From Candidatus Geocrenenecus huangii (GTDB lineage Archaea > Thermoproteota > Nitrososphaeria_A > Caldarchaeales > Wolframiiraptoraceae), in contig JALNLM010000001.1 of assembly GCA_023254095.1 (NCBI GenBank), positions 141,560 through 205,559 on the forward strand: a stretch of 64,000 nucleotides of DNA. Reading direction: 5' to 3'. Below the pieces are notes generated by a model. That model was not told the DNA's origin, ran no database searches, and saw nothing but the letters and a program-made list of their open reading frames with translations. Shown in pieces: positions 9,597 to 19,307 of this stretch (position 1 is its first letter; each line of letters starts with the position of its first letter). Both the position numbers and the translations under genes were made by a program.

Positions 9597-11092
9597 TATC
9601 CCTCACCTATCTTTAGGAATTTCGGAGGCTTCTTCAAAACTAGGTATATTGTTGTAAAGGTTATGATGAGCCCTAACAGTAGTCCACCGATTATGGTCAA
9701 AACTATCTCTAATCCTATTGGATTCGGTGTAACGAGTTCTTCTGGATAAAGTAAGCCATATACTGTCCAGGGTTTTCTACCAATCTCTCTTACCGCCCAT
9801 CCAAGCCCTGCCAATGCGGGAGCGATAAAGAACATAGCAAGCCCACCATAGAACAGTATTCTTTCTCTCCCATGCCAGAACTTCCTGAAAACGAATGAGC
9901 TTATGATTATTAGCGAGATTATTAGGGATAACGCTGCTAAACTGATCTTAACTTCGTAGAGAGTTTTCACTAATGGAAGCTTCTCAAAAGCTTTCAGGGT
10001 ATCCATTACAGCTATTTCTTTAACTGGCATACCGCCTATCCTGAGGTTCGGGGTTGGATGATTCTCAGAGACCTGCATGAAATAGTCAAATCCTTTGAAC
10101 ACGTAATTCGGGTCCCCGAAGATCGTTAACCCCGCTGGAAGATATGGCCCAGATTTCTCTAGGCCAGCTATCATAGCGAATTTAGTTGGCTGGTAGAGGT
10201 ATACCATTAAACCTTGCTCATGGCCTTCTATTCCTTGGATGATTAGCAGGATCGAGCCTATTAAAGCAACCGTCTTAAACAATTTTAGATAATAGTCTCT
10301 TTTCTCTTTCATCCTCAATCCATTATATGCAAGTGCTCCTGCTATCCAGAATACTCCCACTATCGTTGTAGCGAGAAGTTGATGTATTATGCTCGTTAAA
10401 GCATAAGGGCTGGTTAAAGATACCCATGGATCTTTTAACAACTCACCGTAAGAATTGGTTAACATGTTCAGTATAGTTGGGTTAACTAGAGGTGCTCCAG
10501 AACTTGCCCATCTGGTTACTAATGCTTCCTTAACAGACAATAAGAAATCTGCATTTACTAGTAATGGACCATATATGGGAGCCCATGGATAGATTTTATT
10601 GATTATTTCTCCAGTCCCCCATGGTGCTTGCATCCAAGAATTTACAGAGGTTATTAATGCTCCTGACAACAAGGCACCTCCAGTGTAGGTTACCGTTATT
10701 ATCCAATGTGTCCAAGGATTCTTGAACTTGTCCCATGTATAAAGTAGTGCGATAAGTAGCGTTGCTTCGATTGTGAAAGCTACCAACTCTAAGAAGAGTG
10801 GAGTGAAGAAGAATGACCCGATAGCCAGTATTACACCATTCCATACCTGTACGAGTCCGAACTCCACTAGCGTCCCCGTCGCCGCTCCAAATACGAACGC
10901 AACTACTATAACTATGGATATTTGTTTAGCAAGGCTAATGAAGGCAGAATCTTTCTTCTTTAAACCTAGAAACTCAATTATAGTTAATGTAATAGAGAAA
11001 CCTATAACTATGGCGACAGTTATTGAGTGAATGTAGATCCCTAATGCAGATAGATCGAGTATTCCTCTTAGACCCGTTCCAAGACTATTCAT
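9596..11092 (-). CDS. cydA: Cytochrome bd ubiquinol oxidase subunit I
   Basis: YIHSIT (heme b595 His), GAATGTLVEFG, LELVAFTIE, IHQLL (heme b558 His), QPTKFA (Q-loop) and GWAVREIGRKPW. The start is more likely ATG 11092 (GGGTGA SD upstream) than 11167. Confidence 0.93.
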   Translation of the reverse strand: MNSLGTGLRGILDLSALGIYIHSITVAIVIGFSITLTIIEFLGLKKKDSAFISLAKQISIVIVVAFVFGAATGTLVEFGLVQVWNGVILAIGSFFFTPLFLELVAFTIEATLLIALLYTWDKFKNPWTHWIITVTYTGGALLSGALITSVNSWMQAPWGTGEIINKIYPWAPIYGPLLVNADFLLSVKEALVTRWASSGAPLVNPTILNMLTNSYGELLKDPWVSLTSPYALTSIIHQLLATTIVGVFWIAGALAYNGLRMKEKRDYYLKLFKTVALIGSILLIIQGIEGHEQGLMVYLYQPTKFAMIAGLEKSGPYLPAGLTIFGDPNYVFKGFDYFMQVSENHPTPNLRIGGMPVKEIAVMDTLKAFEKLPLVKTLYEVKISLAALSLIISLIIISSFVFRKFWHGRERILFYGGLAMFFIAPALAGLGWAVREIGRKPWTVYGLLYPEELVTPNPIGLEIVLTIIGGLLLGLIITFTTIYLVLKKPPKFLKIGEG

Positions 11093-11147
11093 ATTTTTCA
11101 CCCTGCCGATTTCATACTTCTTCCAAGTTACAGGATTAATAAGACTT

Positions 11148-11170
11148 ATGTTCGAACTTCGAACCATAAA
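11148..11170 (-). promoter_or_regulatory. Putative Lrp-family operator GTTCG-N5-CGAAC upstream of the cydAA' TATA box
   Basis: Minus-strand TTTATGGTTCGAAGTTCGAACAT is 20/23 identical to the site at the lrpA start. Confidence 0.65.
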
Positions 11171-11249
11171 TTAAACCGAGTTTGTATACGTGTAAGGACA
11201 TTCGAAAAAATAGAAGGATGGCATAGTCGTATGGCACATGTTCTCTGGA

Positions 11250-11912
11250 TTACTGCTTTTCAGGTTCCTTGTATACAAACCACCAATCGTATCCTTTGTA
11301 CTGCGTTAATCTTTCTTCAGCTGTTTTCTCATCTGTCGCCGGTGGAACTATTACTTTGTCTCCTACGAGCTCATTATTTGGCCAGTTTGCTGGAATCGCT
11401 GCTTTAGATTTATCTGCTATCTGGAGTCCTCTGACAGCTCTTATTATCTCATCTATGTTTCTTCCAAGCTCTGGTGGGTAGTAGTATATCGCTCTAAGGA
11501 TCCCCTCGGGATCAATTATGAAGACTGCCCTAACAGTGTTTGTTCCCTTTTTCGGGTGAACCATACCAAGCATTCCAGCAATCTTTCCCATGTCGTCAGC
11601 GATTACAGGAAACTCAATAGTTAAGTTAAGTTTCTCCTTGATCCATTTAATCCATTGTATATGGCTGAAAACCTGGTCTATGCTAAGACCAATAAGTTCA
11701 CAGTTTAGTTTCTTGAATTCATCATACCTTTTCTGGAATGCGTAGAACTCGGTTGTACAGACAGGGGTGAAGTCGGCTGGATGAGAAAACAATACAACCC
11801 ATTTTCCTTTATAGTCTTCTGGGAAATTGATTACGCCCTTGGTCGTTCTAGCTTTAAAGCTCGGCATCTTATCTCCTATCATAGGAATTTTTCCCAACTC
11901 TACCGCTTCCAT
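11250..11912 (-). CDS. Peroxiredoxin (Prx6/AhpC-TSA family)
   Basis: [20 protein letters not shown] and PANWP; lacks the C-terminal resolving cysteines (YKGYDWWF). Confidence 0.95.
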   Translation of the reverse strand: MEAVELGKIPMIGDKMPSFKARTTKGVINFPEDYKGKWVVLFSHPADFTPVCTTEFYAFQKRYDEFKKLNCELIGLSIDQVFSHIQWIKWIKEKLNLTIEFPVIADDMGKIAGMLGMVHPKKGTNTVRAVFIIDPEGILRAIYYYPPELGRNIDEIIRAVRGLQIADKSKAAIPANWPNNELVGDKVIVPPATDEKTAEERLTQYKGYDWWFVYKEPEKQ

Positions 11913-11966
11913 TCTCCTACTGCCCCCGGTTCTTTATTATTTATTAAATGGCTCGATTATTAATAT

Positions 11967-11989
11967 TTTATGGTTCGACTTACGAACAT
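11967..11989 (+). promoter_or_regulatory. Putative LrpA autoregulatory operator over the start codon
   Basis: GTTCG-ACTTA-CGAAC at 11973-11987; GG(T/C)TC half-sites at 11928, 11950 and 11972 (22-bp period). Confidence 0.65.
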
Positions 11990-12392
11990 CGAACTAATAA
12001 AAGAGTTATTAGTAGATTCTAGAAGATCCTATGTCGAATTAGCGAAAAGATTTGGTGTAACAGAAGCAGCAATAAGAAAAAGAATAAAGAAATTAGAATC
12101 CGAGAAGATTATAAAACGATTTACTATCGAGGTTGATTTGAAGAAGCTTGGATTCGAGATTCATACGCTTATAGGCTTAGATGCTTCTCCCGAGAAGCTT
12201 GTCCAGGTACTTGAAGAATTACAGAGGATGGAAGAAGTCGCAGGACTCTATACTTCATCCGGAGACCACATGATATTGATGGAATGCTGGTTCAAGAATA
12301 TGAATCAACTATCGGAATTCGTAAAGAGGCTGGAGAAGCTGGATGGAGTAACAAGAATCTGTCCAGCAATTATCTTAGAGAAGATCAAGTAG
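11970..12392 (+). CDS. lrpA: Lrp/AsnC family transcriptional regulator, LrpA-like
   Basis: HTH SYVELAKRFGVTEAAIRKRIKKLE; C-terminal RAM domain with SSGDHMI and CPAIILE, as in LrpA. Confidence 0.9.
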   Translation: MVRLTNIELIKELLVDSRRSYVELAKRFGVTEAAIRKRIKKLESEKIIKRFTIEVDLKKLGFEIHTLIGLDASPEKLVQVLEELQRMEEVAGLYTSSGDHMILMECWFKNMNQLSEFVKRLEKLDGVTRICPAIILEKIK

Positions 12393-12425
12393 ACTTCCAC
12401 GTAATTAGTTTACGAAGACATTGAT

Positions 12426-13859
12426 CTAAATGACCGGGATCAACCTTGGTATTAGATCTTCTTCGGATGGTTCAACGATGAAGAATCGTGTACGAGGCTT
12501 GACCCCATAAAGAATAACTCTACCATGTTTCTTAGTTATCTTAATATGAGAATCAGATAAGGGTGCAAGCCTCTCAATGATCCATGGGTAGAGAGGCTTA
12601 GCAAGCAATATCGTCAATCCACCAATATTTCTTACTAGATTCGAGATACGGTATATCAGTTCTACAATAGCTTCACGCAACCTACTAGCTAATCTATCTA
12701 TTCCGAGAGAGATTATTGGAGGGCCTTTACCTGCGGATAAGCTTCTTTCAACCACACCAAAAATCCTTTCAAAGACCTCCTCTGGGTCGAACATCGACAT
12801 CTTTTCCACATTCTGAGGCAATTCTTCCTTTCTTTCAATATCGATGAGAATAGTTAGATTGTCATTTATGAGTTCTTCTGGGATTTTAAAGATCTTAGCA
12901 AAATTAATTACGTCACGCCAATCAGTTCCTCCGGATAGAATCATTATAACAGGTCTATTTCCTCTAATAATATTGGAAACAAGCATTGGCGAATACACTA
13001 ATGCATACTCTTGAAGAGACACCCAAGGGTCGATTTCTAGTAGAATTGTTGTACCACCAGTAAATCCACCTATCTCTTTATCAAGGTCGGAGATTCCAGT
13101 AGAGAACCTTCCGGGAAGGTCCGGTGGCGTTACATATTTTCTACCTTCGTAAAATTCCTTTGTAATATTCAGTGGAGGATATGCCTCGAATCCTTTGTAT
13201 AGACTTATACATGCTAATGGTTCTCTTATCTCTGAACCCCTCATCTTCAGTATATTTACTTCTCTCCAAAGCCTATCTTCAATAATTTCTCTTTTAAGGA
13301 ATATTACACCGTCAGATATGAATTCTTCGAATCCGTATTCATACACCTGCTCATTTGGGATTTCTTTTATCAAGATCGTCGTACACCCCATCTGTCTCGC
13401 AATCTTCGATAGTAAGGAATGAAGAAATACTCTAGCCTCAAATGGGGATTTAAACATTTGGCTCATAGCTGTAAATGAATCTATTACAAGCCTCTTCGCA
13501 CTCATAGACTCAACAGCGTCAACAATGTCTGCTACTGATATACTTACACCAGGCTCAAATAACGTTGGGATAGCCAAGTACTTGAATAATCCTCTATCTC
13601 TTAGACTACGGAAGTCCAAGCCGAAACCTAACATAAAATCATAGAATCTTTCTTCATCTTCTAGGAGGGATGCATAAACACCTGGCTCATTATATTTTAG
13701 TATACCATTATAGATGAAGGCTCCGGCTAGAGCAGTCTTGCCTGTTCCAGGATTCCCTGAAACAGTTATAAGACCGCCACGTGGAAAACCCGTTATAATC
13801 TTGTCGAACCCCTCCACACCCGTCAGAACGACTTCATGGCTGGACATGGTTACCCCCAT
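12426..13859 (-). CDS. KaiC/RAD55-like RecA-superfamily ATPase with an inactive C-terminal GvpD-like P-loop domain
   Basis: Walker A GNPGTGKT, Walker B LVIDS, EEFISDG and ILKMRG. The second domain begins FSTGISDLD but has no Walker A. Confidence 0.88.
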   Translation of the reverse strand: MGVTMSSHEVVLTGVEGFDKIITGFPRGGLITVSGNPGTGKTALAGAFIYNGILKYNEPGVYASLLEDEERFYDFMLGFGLDFRSLRDRGLFKYLAIPTLFEPGVSISVADIVDAVESMSAKRLVIDSFTAMSQMFKSPFEARVFLHSLLSKIARQMGCTTILIKEIPNEQVYEYGFEEFISDGVIFLKREIIEDRLWREVNILKMRGSEIREPLACISLYKGFEAYPPLNITKEFYEGRKYVTPPDLPGRFSTGISDLDKEIGGFTGGTTILLEIDPWVSLQEYALVYSPMLVSNIIRGNRPVIMILSGGTDWRDVINFAKIFKIPEELINDNLTILIDIERKEELPQNVEKMSMFDPEEVFERIFGVVERSLSAGKGPPIISLGIDRLASRLREAIVELIYRISNLVRNIGGLTILLAKPLYPWIIERLAPLSDSHIKITKKHGRVILYGVKPRTRFFIVEPSEEDLIPRLIPVI

Positions 13860-14215
13860 TTAAAAACTCGTAAAAACCTCTTGTAGGATTCCTCATCATC
13901 GGATTTCATTAATTCTAGGAACTCCTCGGGAGAGACACCTATCATCTTTCCTTCTTCTATAAGCTTCATGGCCAGGATCCTTAGAATGGCATCCGCACCC
14001 TTACCTAGGAAATTCTTGAGAGCATTATAAAAGATTGGGGGAGAGGATACGAGAACTTCATACATGTCATGTTGCAGACGTCTATTAAGATAATGTTCAA
14101 GAGCACTCAATCCAGCTGGACCTAACAATTCTCTAAAAGTAGACCTGAAAACCTCTTTAACATATGAGTCTATCCCCTCATTATTCTTTTCAGTCCAAGA
14201 AGCCTCTTTACCCAC
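13850..14215 (-). CDS. Small helical partner of the KaiC-like ATPase (DUF3227/NitrOD5-like)
   Basis: ELLGPAG...LEHYL...P..FYNALKNFLGKGADAIL pattern; overlaps the ATPase start. Confidence 0.65.
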   Translation of the reverse strand: MGKEASWTEKNNEGIDSYVKEVFRSTFRELLGPAGLSALEHYLNRRLQHDMYEVLVSSPPIFYNALKNFLGKGADAILRILAMKLIEEGKMIGVSPEEFLELMKSDDEESYKRFLRVFKWG

Positions 14216-14578
14216 TTTAGTTCTACCTCTCCGGGAACCTCAGCCTTCCATGCAATATTTATACAGAGGAGTTAATATTCTTTTAAGATCTTTATCTCCA
14301 CAGTATGAGAAACTTAACAATCATTCAGTAAACGCTTTCCATCTATTTTTGGAGGATGTCAATAATTTTCAGGAATATTGTCTAGATAATCTAGGTTTGG
14401 TCTACTGATGAACTAGAGCAGATCTTAACATGTGAAGGAATCTCTAAGCAATGATGGAAAAGAGAGCTAGGAACAACAAGATTATACATCAATAGACTAT
14501 CCCGTTCATCCCAATGGATATTACTGCTCGTTGTCATGGATTTCTTAGAAAGATAAATCCTTAATCGAAAAGAATTGA

Positions 14579-14639
14579 TTGGGTCGGCTCGGCTCTTCCT
14601 CCATCATCAATCAGTCTGGGGCAGCGGCCTCATCCCCAA
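14579..14639 (-). ncRNA. C/D box guide sRNA (double guide, predicted 23S rRNA targets)
   Basis: TTGG-GGATGA(C)-GGCCGCTGCCCCAGA-CTGA(D')-T-TGATGA(C')-TGGAGGAAGAGCCGAG-CCGA(D)-CCCAA, with terminal stem TTGGG/CCCAA. Guides are complementary to the conserved 23S segments CUGGGGC(G/A)GC and UCGGCUCUUCC. TTTAAG lies about 25 nt upstream. Confidence 0.88.
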
Positions 14640-14750
14640 CACATTATCCCCATCACACTAGCTTAAAGGATTTACCCCATTCATGCCTTAGCAACCCTTC
14701 GCATGATATAAGTTTATGTAATAGATTCACACAAAAAATCTAGAAGAGTA

Positions 14751-15227
14751 TTGATAGAAGTATGCTTTACCTTGAATGGAAAGATGGTGAAAGTCCAGAC
14801 AGAGCCGAATGCTACATTGCTTGATGTTCTTAGAGAAGAACTAAGAATATCGAGTGTTAAGAGAGGATGCGAGGTTGGAGAATGCGGTGCATGCACCGTA
14901 CTTATCGACGGGAAGCCTGTTAACAGCTGCTTGATACTTGCACCAAAAGTCGAGGGGAGAAGTATACTCACGGTTGAAGGGCTAACGAGAAACGATGAAC
15001 TCCACCCTCTCCAAGAATCATTCATAGAAGAATTCGCATTACAATGTGGATACTGCACGCCTGGAGTACTATTAACGGCGAAGGCATTGTTAGACCTGAA
15101 ACCTTCCCCTACGATAGAAGAGATAAAAGAAGCCCTATCTGGAAACATCTGTAGATGCGGAGCATACCAAGAAATAATAAATGCAATACTGAAGACGTCT
15201 AGGAAACTCCAGGGAAAATCAGATTAG
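14751..15227 (+). CDS. (2Fe-2S)-binding small subunit, xanthine dehydrogenase/CoxS family
   Basis: GCEVGECGACTV, QCGYCTPG and GNICRC. Confidence 0.93.
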   Translation: MIEVCFTLNGKMVKVQTEPNATLLDVLREELRISSVKRGCEVGECGACTVLIDGKPVNSCLILAPKVEGRSILTVEGLTRNDELHPLQESFIEEFALQCGYCTPGVLLTAKALLDLKPSPTIEEIKEALSGNICRCGAYQEIINAILKTSRKLQGKSD

Positions 15228-15232
15228 AAGCT

Positions 15233-15868
15233 ATGACAGAATATGAGTATGTGAAGAAGATGAGTAAGAAGAATAAGATTGCATTAATAATACTAGCAGC
15301 AGGAAAATCCACGAGATTTCCAGGAAATAAGCTTTTAGCAAAAATAAACAATGAATCCATGATTGAGAAAGTAGTTAAGACAGGGTTGAACTCCAAAGCC
15401 GACAACATCCTGATCGTAGTTGGACACGAAGCTGAAAAAATATCGAAATCGCTTGAAAATATAAGAGATGCAAGAATACAAGTAATCTATAACCCAAGAT
15501 ATGAAGAAGGTCAGAGCAGTTCTGTAAAGACTGGTGTTGAGTACGTCGTAGGTAAGGCAGACGCAGTAATGATCCTTCCAGCCGACGTACCATTCATTAC
15601 TCCGGAAGACATAGATAGACTTATAGAAGTATATGAGATAACCAATTCAACAATTGTTGTTGCATCATATAGAGGGAGACATGGACACCCAATACTCTTC
15701 TCAAGCAAGCTCTTCAACGAGTTAATGATGATAACGGAAGAAAAACATGGTCTTAAAGAGGTCATAGAAAAACATAGAGAAGAGATAGTCGAGGCGGAAT
15801 CAAGTCCATTCACATTAATAGATATAGATACACAAGAAGACCTTGAGAAAATCTTGAAGATGTACTAG
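15233..15868 (+). CDS. mocA: Molybdenum cofactor cytidylyltransferase (MocA-like NTP transferase)
   Basis: LAAGKSTRF, NKLL, GQSSS, LPADVP, GHPILF and DIDT; located in an XDH cluster. Confidence 0.82.
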   Translation: MTEYEYVKKMSKKNKIALIILAAGKSTRFPGNKLLAKINNESMIEKVVKTGLNSKADNILIVVGHEAEKISKSLENIRDARIQVIYNPRYEEGQSSSVKTGVEYVVGKADAVMILPADVPFITPEDIDRLIEVYEITNSTIVVASYRGRHGHPILFSSKLFNELMMITEEKHGLKEVIEKHREEIVEAESSPFTLIDIDTQEDLEKILKMY

Positions 15869-16009
15869 AGAAACGAAGACCTCTAAAAAGTTCCCCATAT
15901 TTACATCTTTACCTAATACCTAATACCCCATTACTAGAGATCTCGAGTAAAACAATGGTGGATGAAGTAGTTAGCTAAGACTAATAAGGTTCTTAATTTA
16001 CTCAGATAG

Positions 16010-18385
16010 TTGAGCTTCATGAGTTTCTACGCTATCGGTAAGAGGACTGCTAGAAAAGACTCAGTAGCAAAAGTCACTGGCTGGGAGAAGTATGCCTCAG
16101 ACATATATCTTCCAAACATGCTTCATGCAAGAGTCCTAAAGAGCCCTTTCCCCCACGCTATAGTAAAAAAGATCGATACGAGTAGAGCGGAGGAGATGGG
16201 GGCCATAGTAGTGACCTTCAAGGATGTACCTGACAAATTATTCTGTCCAAGACTTGTAAGCACACCCGATGCAACATACAAGGATTGGAAAGTATTAACA
16301 GATAAACCGAAATTCGTTGGAGAACCTATAGCTGCCGTCGCAGCCGAGACAGAAGAACTAGCACAAATAGCTTTAGAGTCCATCAATGTTGAATATGAAT
16401 TACTTGAGCCTGTATTCGATGCCCTAGAATCGATGAAAGAAGGAAAACCAAGGATTCATGACAAGATCATGTTGAATGACAAGATCATAGATATAGAGAA
16501 CAATGTTGCCTGTAGATTAGAGCTTCAGGAAGGAGACCTAGAAGAAGCATTCAAGAGATCAGATATAATTATCGAGAGGGAGTTCAGAACGAGTAGAGGA
16601 TATCACAACCAGCTTGAACCCAAGGTCGCTGTAGTTAACCCTGAGCCGGACGGAGGCTTAACGATATGGTGTACGACCCAGACCATCCATAACACGAGAC
16701 TACTGATTAGCGAGATCTTCAACATACCTGTAAGCAAGATCAATGTCAAGAAACTCGCTCTAGGAGGAGGATTCGGCTCAAGCATACAGACAAACATTGT
16801 TGTCCCTATAGCTGTGGCGCTAGCGCTTAAGGCCCGTAGACCCGTTAGACTAGCATATACAAAGGAAGAAGACATGCATGAGCATAGCAGCTACCAGATG
16901 ATCTTCAGATTAAAGATAGGGGTAACGAGAGATGGAAAACTCACAGGAGGATTCATGGAGAACATAATGGATATAGGTGCACACCAGATCCAGGCCTACC
17001 CATTACTTGGAACATGCGCTGGATGGTGGGTATCCTTATACAAGCTTCAAGCAATAAAATATGTAGGTGTAGCGATCTACACGAACAAGATACCTTCATG
17101 CGCATACAGGGGATACGGCAACCCCCAGGTAACATGGGCCGTAGAAACGATTATGGATGAGCTGGCGGAAATGCTTGGAATGGATCCCATCGAGTTTAGG
17201 CTCAAAAACTATGTAGGCGAAAGAGACCTATTCTGGGGTCAGGGACCAACAGTAAAATCAATCATCAAGAGCTGCGGAGTAGAGGAAATACTGAAGAAGG
17301 GATCCGAATTGATAGGTTGGAAGAATAGACCTAAGCCTGGAGAACAGAAAGGTAGATTCAGAAGGGGGATAGGGATGGCGAGAGGATACCATACGTCGAG
17401 CGCAGGAGCGCCTATACCAAGTCAAGTGATCGATTATTCTGGAGCAATCCTAAAAGTAAACGAAGATGGGACAGTAGACTACATTACTGGTCTGGTCGAT
17501 CAGGGTGGAGGGACATTAGAAGCTCATGCAAAAATAATAGCTGAGGAGCTCGGTTTACCATTAAAGAATGTAAACATTGTTGCCGCGGACTCGCAGACAA
17601 CGATATACGATGTATGTACACATGCCTCTAGAGGAGTATATGCTGGAGGGGGAGCAGCATTAAATGTTGCAAGACAAGTTAAAGAAAAAATATTCAAGTT
17701 GGCTTCAACGATCTTAAACGCTTACCCGCATACGTTGAGGATACGACCAGATGAAGAGAGGGGTCAAGCAGTAATATACGTTGAGGGGCTACCTGGGAAA
17801 GAGATAACGCTCGGAGAGCTTGCAACCCTTGCTAGAATAAAGAATCTGGGAACGATCGCTGCAGTAGACAGTTTTAGACCTCCAGCCTGCCCACCACACT
17901 TTACAGGATACTTTGTTGAAGTATTAGTTGATACAGAGACAGGCATCGTGAAACCTTTAAAGGTAGTGATAGGCGCGGATGTCGGGACAGTAATAAATCC
18001 AGACCTCGCGGAAGGACAGCTCCACGGCGGCTTCATCATGGGTTGGAGTAGAGCCATTCTCGAAGATTTAAAATACAATGAGGAGATTGGAGATATAGAA
18101 TGTAGGGGATTCATAATCGATTATAAGATGCCTACTGCTGCAGACATACCAGAAGAGATCAAGACATTCTTTGTAGAAACCTATGAGCCTACAGGACCCT
18201 TCGGAGCAAAAGGTTTAGGTGAGGGGGCGCAGAACCCCGCCATAGCAGCAATATCTAACGCAATCTATAATGCGACAGGAGTAAGATTTTACGAGTTGCC
18301 GATAACCCCTGAGAAACTACTAGAGAAATTAAAAGAAAAAGAGGGTAGAAAACTTGCTGTGGAGGATGCTGTAAAGCTAACATGA
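16010..18385 (+). CDS. Xanthine dehydrogenase family molybdopterin-binding large subunit
   Basis: KVTG, SPFPHA, GGGFG, AYRGYGNPQ, GQLHGG and GPFGAKGLGE. Confidence 0.93.
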   Translation: MSFMSFYAIGKRTARKDSVAKVTGWEKYASDIYLPNMLHARVLKSPFPHAIVKKIDTSRAEEMGAIVVTFKDVPDKLFCPRLVSTPDATYKDWKVLTDKPKFVGEPIAAVAAETEELAQIALESINVEYELLEPVFDALESMKEGKPRIHDKIMLNDKIIDIENNVACRLELQEGDLEEAFKRSDIIIEREFRTSRGYHNQLEPKVAVVNPEPDGGLTIWCTTQTIHNTRLLISEIFNIPVSKINVKKLALGGGFGSSIQTNIVVPIAVALALKARRPVRLAYTKEEDMHEHSSYQMIFRLKIGVTRDGKLTGGFMENIMDIGAHQIQAYPLLGTCAGWWVSLYKLQAIKYVGVAIYTNKIPSCAYRGYGNPQVTWAVETIMDELAEMLGMDPIEFRLKNYVGERDLFWGQGPTVKSIIKSCGVEEILKKGSELIGWKNRPKPGEQKGRFRRGIGMARGYHTSSAGAPIPSQVIDYSGAILKVNEDGTVDYITGLVDQGGGTLEAHAKIIAEELGLPLKNVNIVAADSQTTIYDVCTHASRGVYAGGGAALNVARQVKEKIFKLASTILNAYPHTLRIRPDEERGQAVIYVEGLPGKEITLGELATLARIKNLGTIAAVDSFRPPACPPHFTGYFVEVLVDTETGIVKPLKVVIGADVGTVINPDLAEGQLHGGFIMGWSRAILEDLKYNEEIGDIECRGFIIDYKMPTAADIPEEIKTFFVETYEPTGPFGAKGLGEGAQNPAIAAISNAIYNATGVRFYELPITPEKLLEKLKEKEGRKLAVEDAVKLT

Positions 18386-18401
18386 AAGCAGAGGTGGTTT
18401 A

Positions 18402-19307
18402 ATGAGGGCAGATTATGTAAACCTCGTCAATACACATACAGTTCCAGTAAGATTCATGTATCATTCGCCTGAAACTCTTGAAGAAGCATTGAGACTAATG
18501 AGAGAATATGGAGGCGAGGCCAGAGTCATGGCGGGTGGGACGGACCTGATAGTAGATATGAAGCTGCGCAGGAAAGAACCCAAACACATAGTAAGCTTAA
18601 ACAAGATTAGGGGGATAGAGTATATAGTCGAAGAAGATGGGGGAGTAAGAATCGGCGCAAACACAAAGTTGAGAAGCATAGAGAAGAATAGTATCGTACG
18701 TGAGAGATTTGAAGCATTGTATGAGGCGGTTAGGTCTATAGCCTCAGTACAAGTAAGGAATATGGGCACTCTTGTTGGGAACATATGTAATGCTAGCCCA
18801 GCCGCCGACTCAGCTCCTCCCCTTCTAGTCTACGACGCAGTAGTGAAGGCTCGAAGTATAGATGGCGAGAGGAAGATAAAGATAAGAGATTTCTTTAAAG
18901 GGCCGGGAAAAACATGCTTGAAGGATGATGAGATCGTCACGGAAGTATTCATACCATATCCTCCCGGAGATTCGGCGAGCACATTCTTTAAGATCTCTAG
19001 AGTCAGCATGGACTTAGCAAAAGTTAACATAGCGATACTTGTCAAACTCAGCAGCAACGTGGTCGAAGACTTCAGAATTGCATTAGGGGCCGTTGCACCT
19101 ACACCCTTAAGAATACCCAAAGCTGAAGAATATCTAAGACATAAACCTCTAAATGAAGAAAACCTCAACATTGTTGAAAAAATAGTAAGTGAAGAAATAA
19201 AGCCGATAACAGATGTAAGATCTACTGAATGGTATCGGAGAGAAGTATCCAAAATATTGGTAAGAGATGCATTAAATTCGACCATTAAGAAGCTGGTGAG
19301 AACATGA
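18402..19307 (+). CDS. Xanthine dehydrogenase family FAD-binding medium subunit
   Basis: AGGTDL, QVRNMGTLVGNICNASPAADS and DVRS..YR. Confidence 0.93.
   Translation: MRADYVNLVNTHTVPVRFMYHSPETLEEALRLMREYGGEARVMAGGTDLIVDMKLRRKEPKHIVSLNKIRGIEYIVEEDGGVRIGANTKLRSIEKNSIVRERFEALYEAVRSIASVQVRNMGTLVGNICNASPAADSAPPLLVYDAVVKARSIDGERKIKIRDFFKGPGKTCLKDDEIVTEVFIPYPPGDSASTFFKISRVSMDLAKVNIAILVKLSSNVVEDFRIALGAVAPTPLRIPKAEEYLRHKPLNEENLNIVEKIVSEEIKPITDVRSTEWYRREVSKILVRDALNSTIKKLVRT

Noticed and set aside
11093-11167. 25-aa N-terminal extension of CydA in the ORF track (MVRSSNI...)
   Set aside because: This ATG lies inside the operator motif, which is why it mimics the LrpA start MVRLTNI. The SD and TATA positions favour ATG 11092.
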